Below, in pieces: positions 17,857-30,129 of a stretch of DNA of 64,000 bases. The DNA comes from Vicinamibacteria bacterium (GTDB lineage Bacteria; Acidobacteriota; Vicinamibacteria; Fen-336), in NCBI GenBank assembly GCA_016934575.1, contig JAFGSN010000194.1:411-64410 (forward strand). Reading direction: 5' to 3'. Numbering within the stretch: position 1 is the stretch's first letter; each line of letters begins with the position of its first letter. Under the pieces are notes generated by a model. It saw nothing but the letters and a program-made list of their open reading frames with translations. It was not told the origin of the DNA and ran no database searches. A program made the position numbers and the translations under genes.

Positions 17857-19400
17857 CAGAAGGGATGAAGGTGACCGCGGTCCTGTTTGGCGGCAGCGTT
17901 CTCGCGGCGGTGATCGTCGGGTATTTTCTGACGTACCTCGCTTTCCTCAAGAAAGTCGGCCCGAACGAGGTTCTCGTCGTCTCCGGGCGCGGCCGCGTGA
18001 AATTCGTCACCGGCGGCGCCAGCATGGTCATCCCGCTCTTTCATACCTGGAACAAACTGTCGCTCGAGGTCATGACGCTCGACGTCACCACCCCCGAGGT
18101 CTACACCTCGCACGGCGTGCCGGTGATCGTCGACGGCGTGGCCCAGATCAAGATCCGCAAGGACGAAGTCTCCCTGCACGCGGCGGCGGAACGTTTCCTG
18201 GGGATGCCGCCCGAGCAGATCGCCCGCATCGCGCTCGAAACGGTTCAGGGCCATCTGCGCGCCATTCTCGGCACGCTGACCGTGGAAGACATCTACAAGA
18301 ACCGCGACGAGTTCGCTCAGAAAGTTCAGGAGATCTCGGCCGGCGACCTGGCCAACATGGGGCTGGGCATCGACTCTTTCACCATCCGCGATATTCGCGA
18401 CAAGCACGGCTATCTCGACGCTCTCGGCCGCCCGCGCATCGCCGAGGTCAAGCGCACCGCCGCCATCGCCGAAGCGGTCGCGGCCAAGGAAGCTGCCGTG
18501 GCCCAAGCCGACGCCGAACGCGAGACGCGCGAGAAGCAGGCCGAAGCGCAACGCCTGGCCCAAGAGGCCGAGGCTCGCCGTGACGCGGCTGTGGCCGAGG
18601 CCAACGCCGATCGGTTACGCCGGCAGAAGGAGGCCGAGGCGACGGCCCATCGCGCGTCGGAGGTCGCCAACCAGCAGGCGATTCTGGCCATTGCCGAGCA
18701 GGAGCGCGAGTCTAATCTGAAGCGCGCCGACGCCGACATCGCCTACGACCTGCAAAAAAAGACGATGGAGATCAAGGTCCAGGAACAGGAGATCCAACGG
18801 AGAGAGAAGGAGCTGGACGCGACGATCAAGCGTCAGGCCGACGCCAAGCGTTACGAGGTCGAAACGCTGGCCGAGGCGGAGAGGGAACGTCAGACCAAGC
18901 TGGCTGAAGGCGAGAAGGCGCGTGGTTTTGCCGCGGCCGACATCAATAAAGCGCAGGGTCTGGCCCAAGCCGACGCGGAGAAGGCGCGTGGGATGGCCGC
19001 AGCCGCGATCCGCGAGGCGCAGGGCCTGGCCGAAGCCGAGGCGCGCAAAGCGCAGGGTCTGGCCGAGGCGCTCGCCATGGAGAAGAAGGCCGAGGCATGG
19101 CGCAAGTACAACGAGGCGGCCGTTGTACAGATTCTCGCGCCGATTCTGCCCGAAATCGCCCGGGCGGTGACCGAGCCGCTCGCCAGGATCGATCACATCA
19201 CGATGGTCAACACGGGCGGCGGCGAGATCGGCGTGTCGCGCCTGACCGGCGAGGTCGCCAAGATCATCGCGCAAGTGCCTCCGGTCGTCGAATCGCTCAC
19301 CGGCGTCGACATCAGCGGTCTGATCGACAAGCTACGCGTCACGCCCGAAGGCGCGCATACGGAAGCGTCGAAAACGCCGCCGTCTCCCAAGAAGGTTTGA
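17853..19400 (+). CDS. Flotillin-family (SPFH/band-7) protein, YuaG/FloT-like
   Basis: N-terminal TM and SPFH domain; long Ala/Glu-rich coiled coil with tandem repeats (KAQGLAQADAEKARGMAAAAIREAQGLAEAEARKAQGLAEA). Confidence 0.85.
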   Translation: MTEGMKVTAVLFGGSVLAAVIVGYFLTYLAFLKKVGPNEVLVVSGRGRVKFVTGGASMVIPLFHTWNKLSLEVMTLDVTTPEVYTSHGVPVIVDGVAQIKIRKDEVSLHAAAERFLGMPPEQIARIALETVQGHLRAILGTLTVEDIYKNRDEFAQKVQEISAGDLANMGLGIDSFTIRDIRDKHGYLDALGRPRIAEVKRTAAIAEAVAAKEAAVAQADAERETREKQAEAQRLAQEAEARRDAAVAEANADRLRRQKEAEATAHRASEVANQQAILAIAEQERESNLKRADADIAYDLQKKTMEIKVQEQEIQRREKELDATIKRQADAKRYEVETLAEAERERQTKLAEGEKARGFAAADINKAQGLAQADAEKARGMAAAAIREAQGLAEAEARKAQGLAEALAMEKKAEAWRKYNEAAVVQILAPILPEIARAVTEPLARIDHITMVNTGGGEIGVSRLTGEVAKIIAQVPPVVESLTGVDISGLIDKLRVTPEGAHTEASKTPPSPKKV

Positions 19401-19554
19401 AAGAGGGGCAATCGCGGCCATTCGACTTCCAAGCGCCGGCATGCGAAAATATGTCACTCGCGCTCCATGAGGGAGCCGCGCGGACGGCGGCTTCCCGGCA
19501 ACCTCCCCGTTCTCATTAAATAATCACGAGCCGGTCAAGGAACAACGAAGATCC

Positions 19555-20811
19555 ATGCCTTTTTCTCCCCTTTGCTTACACCCCACGCTCTTGCGTGGAA
19601 TTCAAGCCCTCGGTTATACACGGCCCACGCCGATTCAAACCAAGGCAATCCCGCCGGCCATGGAAGGCCGCGATATCCTGGCGAGCGCGATGACCGGCAG
19701 CGGAAAGACCGCGGCTTTTGTCCTGCCCATTCTGCACCGTCTCACTGAACGGCCGCGAAGCGCAACCCGCGCCCTGATACTGACTCCCACGCGCGAGCTG
19801 GCCGCGCAGATCGAAGAGAACGTCGCGCTCCTCGGTCGTCACGCGCGCGTGTCTGTGGCCGCCGTCATCGGCGGCGTCGGCATGCGACCGCAAGAACAGG
19901 CGTTCCGTAGAGGCGTCAGCGTGATGGTCGCGACGCCGGGTCGCTTGCTCGACCATATGCGTTCTTCGTATGCGACTCTGTCCGGCGTCGAAGTGCTCGT
20001 GCTGGACGAGGCCGATCGGATGCTGGACATGGGTTTTCTGCCCGACGTGCGGCGGATCCTGAGCCGGCTGCCCGCCCGCCGCCAGACGTTGTTCTTCTCG
20101 GCCACGATGCCGCCGCCGATCGTGAGCCTTTCGCGCGAGATGCTTCGCGACCCGGTTGCGATCGCCGTCGATCCTCCGGCGGCTCCGCCTTCCGCCATCA
20201 CCCACGCGGCCTATCCGGTTTCGGCCGAGCTGAAGTCCGCGTTGCTCGTGGAACTGGTGCGGCGCGGCGAAATTCGCAGCGTCATCGCCTTCACGCGCAC
20301 GAAGCACCGCGCGAACCGCCTAGCCGACTACCTGGCGCGCAATGGCGTCGCCGCCGGTCGAATCCACGGCAACCGCAGCCAGACGCAGCGCACCCAAGCC
20401 CTGAGCGGATTCAAGGCCGGCAAGTTCCCGGTGCTGGTGGCCACCGACATCGCGGCCCGCGGAATCGACGTGGACGCGCTGTCTCACGTGGTCAACTTCG
20501 ACGTGCCGAAATCGCCCGAGGATTACGTTCACCGCGTCGGGCGTACGGCCCGGGCCGAGGCCAAGGGCGATGCGTTCGTGTTCGTCTCTCCCGAGGAGGA
20601 GGCGAACGTGCGCGGCATCGAGCGCGCCATCGGCAAGAAGATGATGCGCGTCATGTTGCCCGGCTTCGATTACATGAGGAGGCCGGCCGAGAAGCTCGAG
20701 GCGCCCTTGGGGCAGCGCCTGGCGAAGATGAGGAGCCGGAGAGCCGCGGCCACGATAGAAGGAAGACGCGACACACTGAGACCACGCGGGCGTCGCGTTT
20801 ATGCTTTTTGA
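19555..20811 (+). CDS. rhlE: DEAD-box ATP-dependent RNA helicase (RhlE-like)
   Basis: Q-motif, AMTGSGKTAAF, PTRELA, DEAD, SAT and HRVGRTAR motifs. Confidence 0.9.
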   Translation: MPFSPLCLHPTLLRGIQALGYTRPTPIQTKAIPPAMEGRDILASAMTGSGKTAAFVLPILHRLTERPRSATRALILTPTRELAAQIEENVALLGRHARVSVAAVIGGVGMRPQEQAFRRGVSVMVATPGRLLDHMRSSYATLSGVEVLVLDEADRMLDMGFLPDVRRILSRLPARRQTLFFSATMPPPIVSLSREMLRDPVAIAVDPPAAPPSAITHAAYPVSAELKSALLVELVRRGEIRSVIAFTRTKHRANRLADYLARNGVAAGRIHGNRSQTQRTQALSGFKAGKFPVLVATDIAARGIDVDALSHVVNFDVPKSPEDYVHRVGRTARAEAKGDAFVFVSPEEEANVRGIERAIGKKMMRVMLPGFDYMRRPAEKLEAPLGQRLAKMRSRRAAATIEGRRDTLRPRGRRVYAF

Positions 20812-20909
20812 GCTCTCGGCGTCCGCAGCCGAAATCCGAGAAGGAGATTCGTTTCGCTTGGATCAATCGGCCGAGGCGATGATTGCGGTCGTTCTATGGC
20901 AACCTCGTG

Positions 20910-20938
20910 ATTGCTTCTGTCTTAATGGTATGTATACT
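20910..20938 (+). promoter_or_regulatory. Sigma70-like promoter TTGCTT-N17-TATACT
   Basis: -35 at 20910-20915 and -10 at 20933-20938 with 17-nt spacing, in an AT-rich intergenic patch upstream of the small TM2-like gene. Confidence 0.35.
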
Positions 20939-20985
20939 CGTTTCATCCTGGATTGCCCGCTAGAGGGCTGGGAGCGAGGTGCGCA

Positions 20986-21303
20986 GTGCCGAACACAGTC
21001 CACAGGCCCGATGTCAATCCCGTCGTCTCGGCTTTGCTGACGGCGTTCGTCCTCAACCTCGGCCACTTGCTCGTCAATGGACAACAACGCAAGTGGCTGA
21101 TGACTCTCATCGCGATGGTCGTCGGCACAATCCTGTGCTGCGTGCCAGGCTGCGTCATCTGGATCTTGAGCGTGATCGATTCGTACCAGACGGCCGTGCG
21201 GCTTCGGAGCGAGGAGATCATCCCGGAGAACGAGTACAGTCAGCCATGGCTCTTTAAGATCGTCCAGTTGATCGACAAGACGGCGAGCTGTGCGCGCGCC
21301 TGA
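20986..21303 (+). CDS. Small TM2-domain-like membrane protein
   Basis: GTG at 20986 preceded by GGAG..GAGG. LNLGHLLVNGQQRKWLMTLIAMVVGTILCCVPGCVIWILSVID fits the TM2 pattern. Confidence 0.45.
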   Translation: MPNTVHRPDVNPVVSALLTAFVLNLGHLLVNGQQRKWLMTLIAMVVGTILCCVPGCVIWILSVIDSYQTAVRLRSEEIIPENEYSQPWLFKIVQLIDKTASCARA

Positions 21304-21761
21304 GCGCTGAAATCAAGGGGAGTGATCTGCACAGGAAGATCTGCCGTGCATGCTGCGCGATGATCGTCGCGTCCCGGAGGATGGGCTCGCCAACGAGACG
21401 CTTAAGTTTCTTTAGCAATTGGACGAGGATTCCAGCCTGCGGGCTTGCATTGATGCCATGCTCCGGGGCGAGAGCATCACGCAGAAGCGAGCCGTCGTGC
21501 GCTCCCAAAGAACGACCCGTCGTCATGGGCGGCGAAGACGTTGCGCCTCAAACGCGCGCATAGAATTCAACGAGAGGCGCCGCCGGATTCTTGGCGCTGT
21601 CGGAACGCCTCGGAACGATCTGCGTGCGGCGAACCTCGTGGTCGCCGGGGCTTTTCGAAGGAGGATACTCTAACGCCTGACGTTGACGCTCGCATATTAC
21701 GACGGACGATCCGAACGTCCGATGCTGCGATCTTCGGTTCTGTTCGCCGGGGAAGCAGGCC

Positions 21762-24700
21762 ATGGTGAGCGGCGAGAAGCCGTTCCGCGACGAGTTGCTC
21801 AGCATCGAGCGACTGGAGGAAAGGGCCAAGTCTCTCGCCGCCCGCCTCACGGTCGATCCAAACGCGCGCGGCGGATCGCGCAACGTGTTCCCGCGTTTCG
21901 ACGACAACGCCCGCGTTTTACGCAAGGCTTATCGCACGCTGGCGGACGACGTGCATGAGGGCAAGTTCGTCACTCCGGCGGCGGAATGGCTTCTCGACAA
22001 CTTTCATCTCGTGGCGTCTGAAATTCGTGACGTGCGCCAGAATCTCCCGCGCGGCTACTATCGCGAGCTGCCCAAACTCGCGCTGCGTGAGCTGGCCGGC
22101 CACGCTCGCGTCTACGCCATGGCCGTGGAGCTGATCCGGCACAGCGACAGCCGTCTGGATCGGCATCAGCTCGAGCGTTTTCTGAACAGCTTCCAGACCG
22201 TGGCCCCGTTGACGATCGGCGAGCTATGGGCCTGGCCCAGCATGCTGAAGCTGGCCCTTGTCGAGAACCTGAGGCGGCTGACGGATGAAATGCTCGTGGC
22301 GCGCGATGCGCGCCGAACGGCCGACGCCGACGTCGAGCGGATCGACGGCGCCGGTAAAGGCTCGCCGCCTGCGTTGCCGCCGATCCTGCACATGGCCTAC
22401 GTCGTTCAGCTTCTTCAACGCGCACGCGAGTACGGTCCGCGACTTGCGATCCTCCGCGAGGCGGTGGATGCGCACCTGGCCGCCCGGCATCTGACGTCCG
22501 AGGATGCGATCCGAGACGAGCATCAACGTCAGGCCGCCGCCCAGGTCACGGTGGCCAACCTTATAACGAGCCTTCGTCTCTGCTCCACGCTCGATTGGAG
22601 TCAGCGCTTCGAGGCCGTGAGCCTGGTCGAGCGCGTTCTGCAACGCGATCCGGCCGGCGTGTACGGAAGCATGGATTTCCTGAGTCGCGACCGTTACCGC
22701 CAATCCGTGGAGGAGCTGGCCGAGGCCACCGGGGAGGCTCAAATGCGCGTGGCTTTGCGCGCGGTCGAGAGCGCCCGTCAAACCGCGGAAAGCGACTCGC
22801 CGGCCGATCGAGGCGCCCACGTCGGCTTTCACCTGATCGGCAAGGGCCGTCGCGGCCTTGAAACCGACGTGGCTTTTCGTCCCGGTCTCGCCAAACGTAT
22901 TCGGCGCTTTGTATTCGCCCATACGACCGCCGCCTACCTCGGAGCGATCGGATGCGTGACGGCGCTGTTGATCGCCCTGGCGCTCGCTTACGTTCGCCGG
23001 CAGGGAGGCTCGCTCTGGACGCAGGCCTGGGCGGCTATGTTCCTGGCGCTGCCGGCCAGCGAGATGGCCATCGCCTTCGTTCAACGACTGGCCGCCCGCT
23101 TCGCGCCGCCGCGTCGTCTTCCACGCTTCGACTACCAGGCGGGAATCCCCGAGAGCGGCCGGACCATGGTGATCATACCGGCGCTGCTGACGAGCGTGGC
23201 CGAGGTCCAGAGGCTCATCGAGCATGTCGAGGTTCTCGCCCTGGGGAATCTCGATCCAAGAATACATTTCGCGATTCTTGGCGACTATGCCGACGCTTCC
23301 ATGCGCGAAACGCCGGAAGACGAACCGATTCTCTCGGCCGCCCGGGAGGGCGTCGAGGCGCTGAACGCCCGCTACGGCGAGGGTCGCGCGGATCGTTTCT
23401 TTCTCTTCCATCGCATGCGGCAGTGGAACGCCGCGGAGCGTTCGTGGATGGGTTGGGAGCGCAAACGCGGGAAAATCGCGGAGTTCAACCGTCTCTTGCG
23501 AGGAGCGAAGAACACGAGCTTTGAGACGCAGGTCGGCGACCTGAGCGTCCTCGCCGCGGTCCGTTACTGTCTCACTCTCGATTCCGACACACGCTTGCCG
23601 CGGGACGCCGCCAAGAAGCTGATCGGCATCATTGCGCATCCGTTGAACCGTCCCCGCTTCGATCCGCGTGAAGGGCGCGTGACCGAGGGTTACGGGATTC
23701 TGCAACCGCGAGTCAGCATTACCATGGCGAGCGCCGTCGGCTCGCTCTTTGCGCGAGTTTACGCCGGACACACGGGAGTCGACCCCTACACCACCGCCGT
23801 GTCGGACACGTACCAGGATCTTTTCGGCGAAGGGATCTTCACGGGCAAGGGGCTTTATCACGTGGACGCATTCATGGCGGCTCTTGAAGGGCGTGTCCCC
23901 GAGAACGCCCTCCTGTCGCACGACCTGTTCGAAGGCGTTTATGCGCGCACCGCGCTCGTCACGGACGTGGAGGTGGTGGACGACTATCCGGCGAGCTTCC
24001 TCGCCCATGCACGACGCCAGCATCGTTGGGTGCGTGGCGATTGGCAGATTCTTCGATGGCTGCTGCCTTTCGTCCCGGGTCGATCGGGCCTCATGCGCAA
24101 TCGTCTGCCCCTTATCTCGCGTTTCAAGATTTTCGACAACCTGAGACGCAGCCTGGTGGCTCCGGCGACCGTCGCCTTGCTGCTTCTGGCATGGACGCTG
24201 CTGCCGGGCAGCCCGCTGGTCTGGACGTCCGCCGTCTTGGTCGCGCTTGCGCTTCCTCTCTATCCGCTTCTTCTGGCGATGCTCGCCGGTCCAAGACCAA
24301 GACAGCCGTGGCGCGTGTTCCTGCGGTCGACGTGGGAGGAGGCGAAGACCGCTCTCGCTCGGACGGCCTTGCAGCTTTCGTTCGTCGCGAACCATGCGGC
24401 CGAGATGGTGCACGCCATCACCGTCACCCTCTTCCGTCTCGTGTTCACCAGGCGCCGCCTGCTCGAGTGGGAGACGGCCGCGGCCAGCGGGGTTCGGGCT
24501 TCCGGCATGGCGCGTCGCGCCGGACCGTGTTTTTTCTTCCTGGAGATGATCGCCAGCCCGGCCATCGCGTTGGCGGGCCTTGTCCTCATCACCGTGGCGC
24601 GTCCAGGCGCGCTCTTGACGGCGCTGCCTCTGCTCGCATTGTGGGCGACCGCGCCGTTCATCGCCTTTGGTCTGAGTCGGCCGAAAACACGACGGCACGC

Positions 24701-27700
24701 CGATCTCTCGCCGGAGGATCGCCGCAGTCTGCGCCTCATCGCTCGCAAGACGTGGCGATACTTCGAGGCGTTCATGGGTCCGGAAGATCACGGCCTGCCC
24801 GCCGACAACTTTCAGGAAACGCCCGAGCCCCGTGCGGCTCACCGGACCTCGCCCACCAACATCGGCATGGGATTGCTCGCGACGCTTTCGGCGCACGATC
24901 TCGAATTCATCCCGACGGAAGAGCTGATCGAGAGAATCGACCGGACCTTGTCAGCCATGGAAAGCCTGGAGCGTTTCGAAGGCCACCTGTTCAACTGGTA
25001 CGACACGCAGAGCCTGGCGCCGCTTCCGCCGCGCTACATTTCCTCGGTCGACAGCGGGAACCTCGCGGGCGCTCTCCTGACCGCGGCCGAGGGCCTGCGC
25101 CGAATCAGTCGCGCGCCGCACGCCGCACGGGCGATTGGCGAGAGAATCGAGGACTTGGCGCGACGCGCGGACCTGTTCGCGAGCGGGATGAACTTCCGGC
25201 AATTCTATGATCCAAAACGCAGGATGCTTTCCATCGGCTATCGTCTCGCGGACGCCGACGGGCCGGGGCGTCTCGATTCCTCCTACTACGACCTTCTGGC
25301 CTCGGAAGCGCGTCTGGCGAGCTTCATCGCCATCGCCAAGGGCGACGTTCCGGAGACGCACTGGTTCCACTTGAGCCGGCTCGTCACCAGCGTGAACGGA
25401 AATCCGACGCTCCTGTCCTGGAGCGCGACCCTGTTCGAGTACCTGCTGCCGCTGCTCATGATGCGGAGTTATCCGGGAACGCTTCTCGACCAGTCGTGCC
25501 GGATGGCCGTGCGCCGGCAGATCGAGTTCGGAGCGGAGCGCGGCGTGCCTTGGGGAATTTCGGAATGCGCCTACAATCTCGTCGACCGACACGACAATTA
25601 CCAGTACAAAGCCTTCGGCGTTCCCGGCCTCGGCCTGAAACGGGGTTTGGGCGACGAGTTGGTGGTGGCTCCGTACGCCACGGCGCTCGCCGCAATGATC
25701 GAGCCTGAGCAGGCCGTACGGAATCTGCGTCGCCTGACCGAGGAGGGACTCGAGGGCGATTACGGTTACTATGACGCCATCGATTACTCGCACACGCAGA
25801 GGGACGAACCCGATAGACTCTCGCCGCGAACGTCGCGACCGCAAGGCGCCGTCGTGCGGGCCTACATGGCGCATCACCAGGGCATGACGCTCGTCTCCCT
25901 CGCCAACGTGCTCCTCGGCCAGCCGATGATCGAGCGTTTCCATGCCGATCCGCGCGTCAAGGCGACGGAAATGTTGTTGCAGGAGCGCGTTCCGCGCCAT
26001 GCGCCGACGATGCAGCCTCGGCCGGTCGAAGAGACACGGGCGGCGCCCGCGCCCGCGGTCGCGGTGCGTCGTTTTCGATCGCCGCACACGGCTTTTCCGC
26101 ACGCGCAGTTTCTGTCCAACGGCAGCTATGCCACGATCGTGACGAATGCGGGAGGGGGCGCCAGCTTCTGTCACGGCCGCGTGGTGACGCGCCATCGCCG
26201 GGATCAGACCCGCGATCCCGGAAGCCAGTTCCTCTATCTACGCGACGTCCGAAGCGGGACGGTGTGGTCCGCCACCCATCATCCCGTCGGCAAGGAGTCG
26301 GAGGATTTTCTGGCCTCCTTCCACGTCGACAAGGCGACGTTCCGCCGCCGTGACGAGGACATCGTCACGCAGCTCGACGTCGCGGTCTCCACCGAGCATG
26401 ACGTTGAAGTGCGCCGGCTGTCGGTGACCAACAAGAGCGATCGATCGCGCGAGATCGAGATCACGAGTTACGCGGAGATCGTCCTCGCGCAGCCGGCTGA
26501 AGATCTGGCTCACGCCGCCTTCGGCAAGCTGTTCATCGAGACGGAGTACCTGCCCGAAAGCGCCGCGCTCCTTTGCCGACGCCGGCCGCGCGCGCCGGAC
26601 GAAACGGGAGCGTGGGCCGTGCACGTCCTGAGCCTTGAAGGCCGGGCGCAAGGACCGGTGGAATGGGAAAGCGATCGCGCACGTTTTCTGGGCCGCGGTC
26701 GCGGTCCGGAGAATCCACAGGCGCTCGACGGACGCTCGCTTTCCGGCACGACAGGGATTCTCGTCGATCCCATCGTCAGCCTGCGACAACGCATCCGCCT
26801 CGCGCCGGGTGGTTTCATGCGGCTGTCCTTCGCCACGGGCATGGCCTCTTCTCGAGAAACGGCCCTGGCCCTGGCCCAGAAATACCACGATCCCAGCGCC
26901 GCCGCGCGCACCTTCGCCCTGGCTTTCGCGCACGCGCAAAGCGGTCTCAGGCACCTGGGCATCTCGCAGGAAGAAGCCCTGCTCTTCGATCGGCTGGCCT
27001 CGCGAGTGTTGTACTCGGACGAATCATTGCGCGCGAGCCCGAAAATCCTGGCTCAGTGCCGGCTCGGACAGGAGGGTCTCTGGCCTCACAGCATCTCCGG
27101 CGATCTTCCGATCCTTCTCGTGAGAGTCGTTGAAGAGGACGACCTGCCGCTCGTGCGGCATGTCTTGCAGGCGCAAGAGTACTGGCGGCTCAAGGGGCAA
27201 AAGGCGGACGTCGTCATCTTGAACGAGCACCCGACGAGCTATCTCGATGAGATGCAAACGCAGCTCGCGGGGCTCCTCGACAACGGCCCATGGCGAGCCT
27301 GGAAGCACCGGCCGGGCGGAGCCTATCTCCTCCGTGGAGATCTGATGCCCGAAGCCGAGCGTATCCTGATCGAGGCCGTGGCGCGCGTCGTGCTCAGCGG
27401 CGACAGGGGCGAACTGGCCGCACAGCTCGACCGGCCTTACGCCGAATGGCCGGGACCGGAGCCGGATGAGCTTGCATTCTCCCGCGAATCGCCGCCTGTC
27501 GGATCTTCGCCATCTATTAGTAATGAAGGGATCCCGGCGCCGCCCCTCGCCTTACCGAACGGCTTCGGCGGCTTTGCCGACAACGGACGAGACTATGCGA
27601 TCGTCCTCGAAGGAGACCAGGAGACGCCTCTGCCCTGGGCCAACGTCATCGCCAATCCTTCTTTCGGAACCGTCGTCACCGCTTCGGGTTCCGCCTATAC

Positions 27701-29969
27701 GTGGTCGGAGAACAGCCGCGAGAATCGCTTGACGCCCTTCGCGAACGATCCCGTCACGGATCCCACGGCCGAGGCGTTGTACATACGCGACGATGAAACC
27801 GGCGAGACCTGGTCGCCGACGCCGGGTGCGCTGCTTCGCACTCCCGCGAGCGGCCGCTTCTTGATTCGGCACGGCGCCGGGCTCTCGCGCTTCGCCCGTG
27901 CGACGCACGGCGTTCGCCACGACCTCGACGTCTTCGTGGAATCGAAGGATCCGGTCAAGTTCTCCCTGCTCACGCTCACCAATGAGAGCGGAGGGCCGCG
28001 TCGACTGAGCGTCATCGCCTACAACGAATGGATCCTGGGACCGCCGCGGGCAGGCCAGCAGGCGCACGTCGTCACCGATCTCGACGCATCGACCGGAGCG
28101 ATCCTGGCGAGGAACGCCTACAATCAGGAGTTCCCGGAGCGTGTCGCGTTCGCGCATGCCAGCGAACCATTGCGCTCGGCGACGGGAGACCGCCTGTCCT
28201 TTCTCGGCCGCAACGGCTCCATGACGCAGCCGGCGGCCCTTCGACGCCAGGCGCTATCGGGTCGCTTCGGCGCCGGGCTTGATCCGTGCGCGGCGCTCCA
28301 CGTCTCGCTCACGTTGGCTCCCGGCGAGAGTCGCCGCGTCGTTTTCCTCTTGGGTCAAGCTCGAGATACGCAGCATGCCCGCGAGCTTCTAGGGCGATAC
28401 GGGCAGGTCGACGCCGCCGAGGAAGCGCGGGAAACCGTGCGCCGTTTCTGGGATGAGACGCTGGGCGCGGTTCAGGTGCGCACGCCCGACGATTCTTTTG
28501 ACCTGCTGATGAACCGTTGGCTTCTCTATCAGGACATCAGTTGCCGCTTGTGGGCCCGCTCGGCCTACTATCAGCCCGGCGGCGCTTTTGGTTTCCGCGA
28601 TCAGTTGCAGGACGTCATGGCTCTCGCGTACTGCCGGCCGGATCTCATGCGGGAGCATCTGCTGCGCGCGGCGAGCCGGCAGTTTCTCGAAGGCGACGTC
28701 CAGCACTGGTGGCACGAGCCGAGCGGCCGCGGCATTCGCTCCCGCTGCTCCGACGATATGCTATGGCTTCCCTATGCCGTCGCGCACTACGTCCGGACGA
28801 CGGGAGATGCGGGCATTCTGGATGAGCGCGTGCGCTTTCTCGAAGCGCCGATCCTCGCCCCTGGCGAGGACGAGGCTTACGGTCAGCCCCGCGTTTCGAA
28901 AGAGGCGCAGCCGCTTCTTGACCACTGCCTGCGCGCCATCGACAAGGGAATCACGATCGGCGCTCACGGCCTTCCGCTCATCGGCACGGGAGACTGGAAT
29001 GACGGCATGAATCGCGTGGGACGGGAAGGGCGCGGCGAAAGCACGTGGTTGGGTTTCTTTCTTCACGGCATCCTGAGTGAATTCGCGCCCTTGTGCGAGT
29101 CGCGCGGCGAAAAGGCTCGCGCCGAGCGCTACCGCAACAAGGCCCACCGCCTGGCGACCATGCTGAAACGCACGTGGGACGGCGAGTGGTACCGGCGCGG
29201 CTATTACGACGACGGCATGCCTCTGGGTTCGGCGCAGAACGACGAGTGTCAGATCGACTCGATCGCGCAGTCTTGGGCCGTGCTTTCCGGCGCTGTAACC
29301 GTGGGTCATGCGGATCGCGCCATGGACGCGGTCCGCACTCACCTCGTCCGGCGAGGTCCGCAAGTGCTGCCGCTTCTCACGCCTCCTTTCGATTGCTCGG
29401 CGCAGGAACCCGGCTACATCAAGGGCTATCCTCCCGGCGTGCGTGAGAACGGCGGTCAATATACCCACGCCGCCCTCTGGGTCGTGATGGCCATGGCCAA
29501 GCTCGGCAGCGGGGACGAGGCGGTCGAGCTGTTCCACATGATCAACCCCATCAACCACACGCGCGCGCCGGCCGACGTCGAGCGCTACAAGGCCGAGCCG
29601 TACGTCGTCGCCGGCGACGTCTGCGCCCACCCCGCGCATGCCGGGCGCGCCGGCTGGACCTGGTACACCGGCTCGGCGGGCTGGATGTATCGCGCGGGTC
29701 TCGAGAGCATCCTCGGGCTTCGGCGTCGCGGCTCCGTCTTCGAGATTGATCCCTGCATTCCCTCGTCATGGTCCGAATATTTCGTCGTCTGGCGTCTCGG
29801 CCGGACGTGTTACGAGATCGCGGTCACCAATCCGGAAAGCCGCTGTCGTGGCGTTGCCAAGGCGAAACTGGACGAAATCTCCGTGGACCCGAGCGCCGTC
29901 CCTCTTGTGGACGACGGTAAAACCCACCGCGTCAAGGTGACCTTGGGTTCAGTCGTGAGAATGTCTTGA
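21762..29969 (+). CDS. cgs: Cyclic beta-1,2-glucan synthase (Cgs/NdvB/ChvB-type; GT84 + GH94-like domains)
   Basis: Single 2735-aa ORF. The N-terminal region is followed by TM helices. Next is a processive-GT block ([16 protein letters not shown]...GYGILQPRV). The C-terminal (alpha/alpha)6 phosphorylase-like region carries [11 protein letters not shown]. Confidence 0.88.
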   Translation: MVSGEKPFRDELLSIERLEERAKSLAARLTVDPNARGGSRNVFPRFDDNARVLRKAYRTLADDVHEGKFVTPAAEWLLDNFHLVASEIRDVRQNLPRGYYRELPKLALRELAGHARVYAMAVELIRHSDSRLDRHQLERFLNSFQTVAPLTIGELWAWPSMLKLALVENLRRLTDEMLVARDARRTADADVERIDGAGKGSPPALPPILHMAYVVQLLQRAREYGPRLAILREAVDAHLAARHLTSEDAIRDEHQRQAAAQVTVANLITSLRLCSTLDWSQRFEAVSLVERVLQRDPAGVYGSMDFLSRDRYRQSVEELAEATGEAQMRVALRAVESARQTAESDSPADRGAHVGFHLIGKGRRGLETDVAFRPGLAKRIRRFVFAHTTAAYLGAIGCVTALLIALALAYVRRQGGSLWTQAWAAMFLALPASEMAIAFVQRLAARFAPPRRLPRFDYQAGIPESGRTMVIIPALLTSVAEVQRLIEHVEVLALGNLDPRIHFAILGDYADASMRETPEDEPILSAAREGVEALNARYGEGRADRFFLFHRMRQWNAAERSWMGWERKRGKIAEFNRLLRGAKNTSFETQVGDLSVLAAVRYCLTLDSDTRLPRDAAKKLIGIIAHPLNRPRFDPREGRVTEGYGILQPRVSITMASAVGSLFARVYAGHTGVDPYTTAVSDTYQDLFGEGIFTGKGLYHVDAFMAALEGRVPENALLSHDLFEGVYARTALVTDVEVVDDYPASFLAHARRQHRWVRGDWQILRWLLPFVPGRSGLMRNRLPLISRFKIFDNLRRSLVAPATVALLLLAWTLLPGSPLVWTSAVLVALALPLYPLLLAMLAGPRPRQPWRVFLRSTWEEAKTALARTALQLSFVANHAAEMVHAITVTLFRLVFTRRRLLEWETAAASGVRASGMARRAGPCFFFLEMIASPAIALAGLVLITVARPGALLTALPLLALWATAPFIAFGLSRPKTRRHADLSPEDRRSLRLIARKTWRYFEAFMGPEDHGLPADNFQETPEPRAAHRTSPTNIGMGLLATLSAHDLEFIPTEELIERIDRTLSAMESLERFEGHLFNWYDTQSLAPLPPRYISSVDSGNLAGALLTAAEGLRRISRAPHAARAIGERIEDLARRADLFASGMNFRQFYDPKRRMLSIGYRLADADGPGRLDSSYYDLLASEARLASFIAIAKGDVPETHWFHLSRLVTSVNGNPTLLSWSATLFEYLLPLLMMRSYPGTLLDQSCRMAVRRQIEFGAERGVPWGISECAYNLVDRHDNYQYKAFGVPGLGLKRGLGDELVVAPYATALAAMIEPEQAVRNLRRLTEEGLEGDYGYYDAIDYSHTQRDEPDRLSPRTSRPQGAVVRAYMAHHQGMTLVSLANVLLGQPMIERFHADPRVKATEMLLQERVPRHAPTMQPRPVEETRAAPAPAVAVRRFRSPHTAFPHAQFLSNGSYATIVTNAGGGASFCHGRVVTRHRRDQTRDPGSQFLYLRDVRSGTVWSATHHPVGKESEDFLASFHVDKATFRRRDEDIVTQLDVAVSTEHDVEVRRLSVTNKSDRSREIEITSYAEIVLAQPAEDLAHAAFGKLFIETEYLPESAALLCRRRPRAPDETGAWAVHVLSLEGRAQGPVEWESDRARFLGRGRGPENPQALDGRSLSGTTGILVDPIVSLRQRIRLAPGGFMRLSFATGMASSRETALALAQKYHDPSAAARTFALAFAHAQSGLRHLGISQEEALLFDRLASRVLYSDESLRASPKILAQCRLGQEGLWPHSISGDLPILLVRVVEEDDLPLVRHVLQAQEYWRLKGQKADVVILNEHPTSYLDEMQTQLAGLLDNGPWRAWKHRPGGAYLLRGDLMPEAERILIEAVARVVLSGDRGELAAQLDRPYAEWPGPEPDELAFSRESPPVGSSPSISNEGIPAPPLALPNGFGGFADNGRDYAIVLEGDQETPLPWANVIANPSFGTVVTASGSAYTWSENSRENRLTPFANDPVTDPTAEALYIRDDETGETWSPTPGALLRTPASGRFLIRHGAGLSRFARATHGVRHDLDVFVESKDPVKFSLLTLTNESGGPRRLSVIAYNEWILGPPRAGQQAHVVTDLDASTGAILARNAYNQEFPERVAFAHASEPLRSATGDRLSFLGRNGSMTQPAALRRQALSGRFGAGLDPCAALHVSLTLAPGESRRVVFLLGQARDTQHARELLGRYGQVDAAEEARETVRRFWDETLGAVQVRTPDDSFDLLMNRWLLYQDISCRLWARSAYYQPGGAFGFRDQLQDVMALAYCRPDLMREHLLRAASRQFLEGDVQHWWHEPSGRGIRSRCSDDMLWLPYAVAHYVRTTGDAGILDERVRFLEAPILAPGEDEAYGQPRVSKEAQPLLDHCLRAIDKGITIGAHGLPLIGTGDWNDGMNRVGREGRGESTWLGFFLHGILSEFAPLCESRGEKARAERYRNKAHRLATMLKRTWDGEWYRRGYYDDGMPLGSAQNDECQIDSIAQSWAVLSGAVTVGHADRAMDAVRTHLVRRGPQVLPLLTPPFDCSAQEPGYIKGYPPGVRENGGQYTHAALWVVMAMAKLGSGDEAVELFHMINPINHTRAPADVERYKAEPYVVAGDVCAHPAHAGRAGWTWYTGSAGWMYRAGLESILGLRRRGSVFEIDPCIPSSWSEYFVVWRLGRTCYEIAVTNPESRCRGVAKAKLDEISVDPSAVPLVDDGKTHRVKVTLGSVVRMS

Positions 29970-30129
29970 TTTTTCCGCTGCCGGACTTCCCGGCGCGTTC
30001 CTCAGGCTTTACAAACTACTGCCTGAGATTGACCGGTCTGGACGACACCGACCGAACAACGATTCACTGGACCGCGGCCCATTTTTACCGGTCCGTGGCA
30101 GAGACTACTCCGTGTTGTTTCTGGCTATT

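Noticed and set aside
18890-19111. Apparent tandem DNA repeats inside the flotillin gene
   Set aside because: These are the coding repeats of the flotillin Ala/Glu coiled-coil region (KAQGLAEAEAR units). They are not CRISPR: there are no unique spacers, and they lie in one protein frame.
21254-21526. 90-aa minus-strand ORF in the rhlE-cgs intergenic region
   Set aside because: Part of it reads protein-like (ILVQLLKKLKRLVGEPILRDATII), but it overlaps the 3' end of the TM2-like gene and has no RBS or clear start. It is left uncalled and might be a small gene.
22224-26195. Several long minus-strand ORFs (890, 414, 394 aa) inside cgs
   Set aside because: They are all antisense or out of frame within the continuous 2735-aa Cgs reading frame and are Arg-rich.
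29970-30129. Convergent intergenic region between cgs and the FGGY kinase, searched for a bidirectional terminator
   Set aside because: Short GC hairpins exist (CTCAGGC...GCCTGAG at 30001-30027 and GCCGG-ACTTC-CCGGC near 29977-29995), but none is followed by a U-run on either strand. No confident intrinsic terminator is called.
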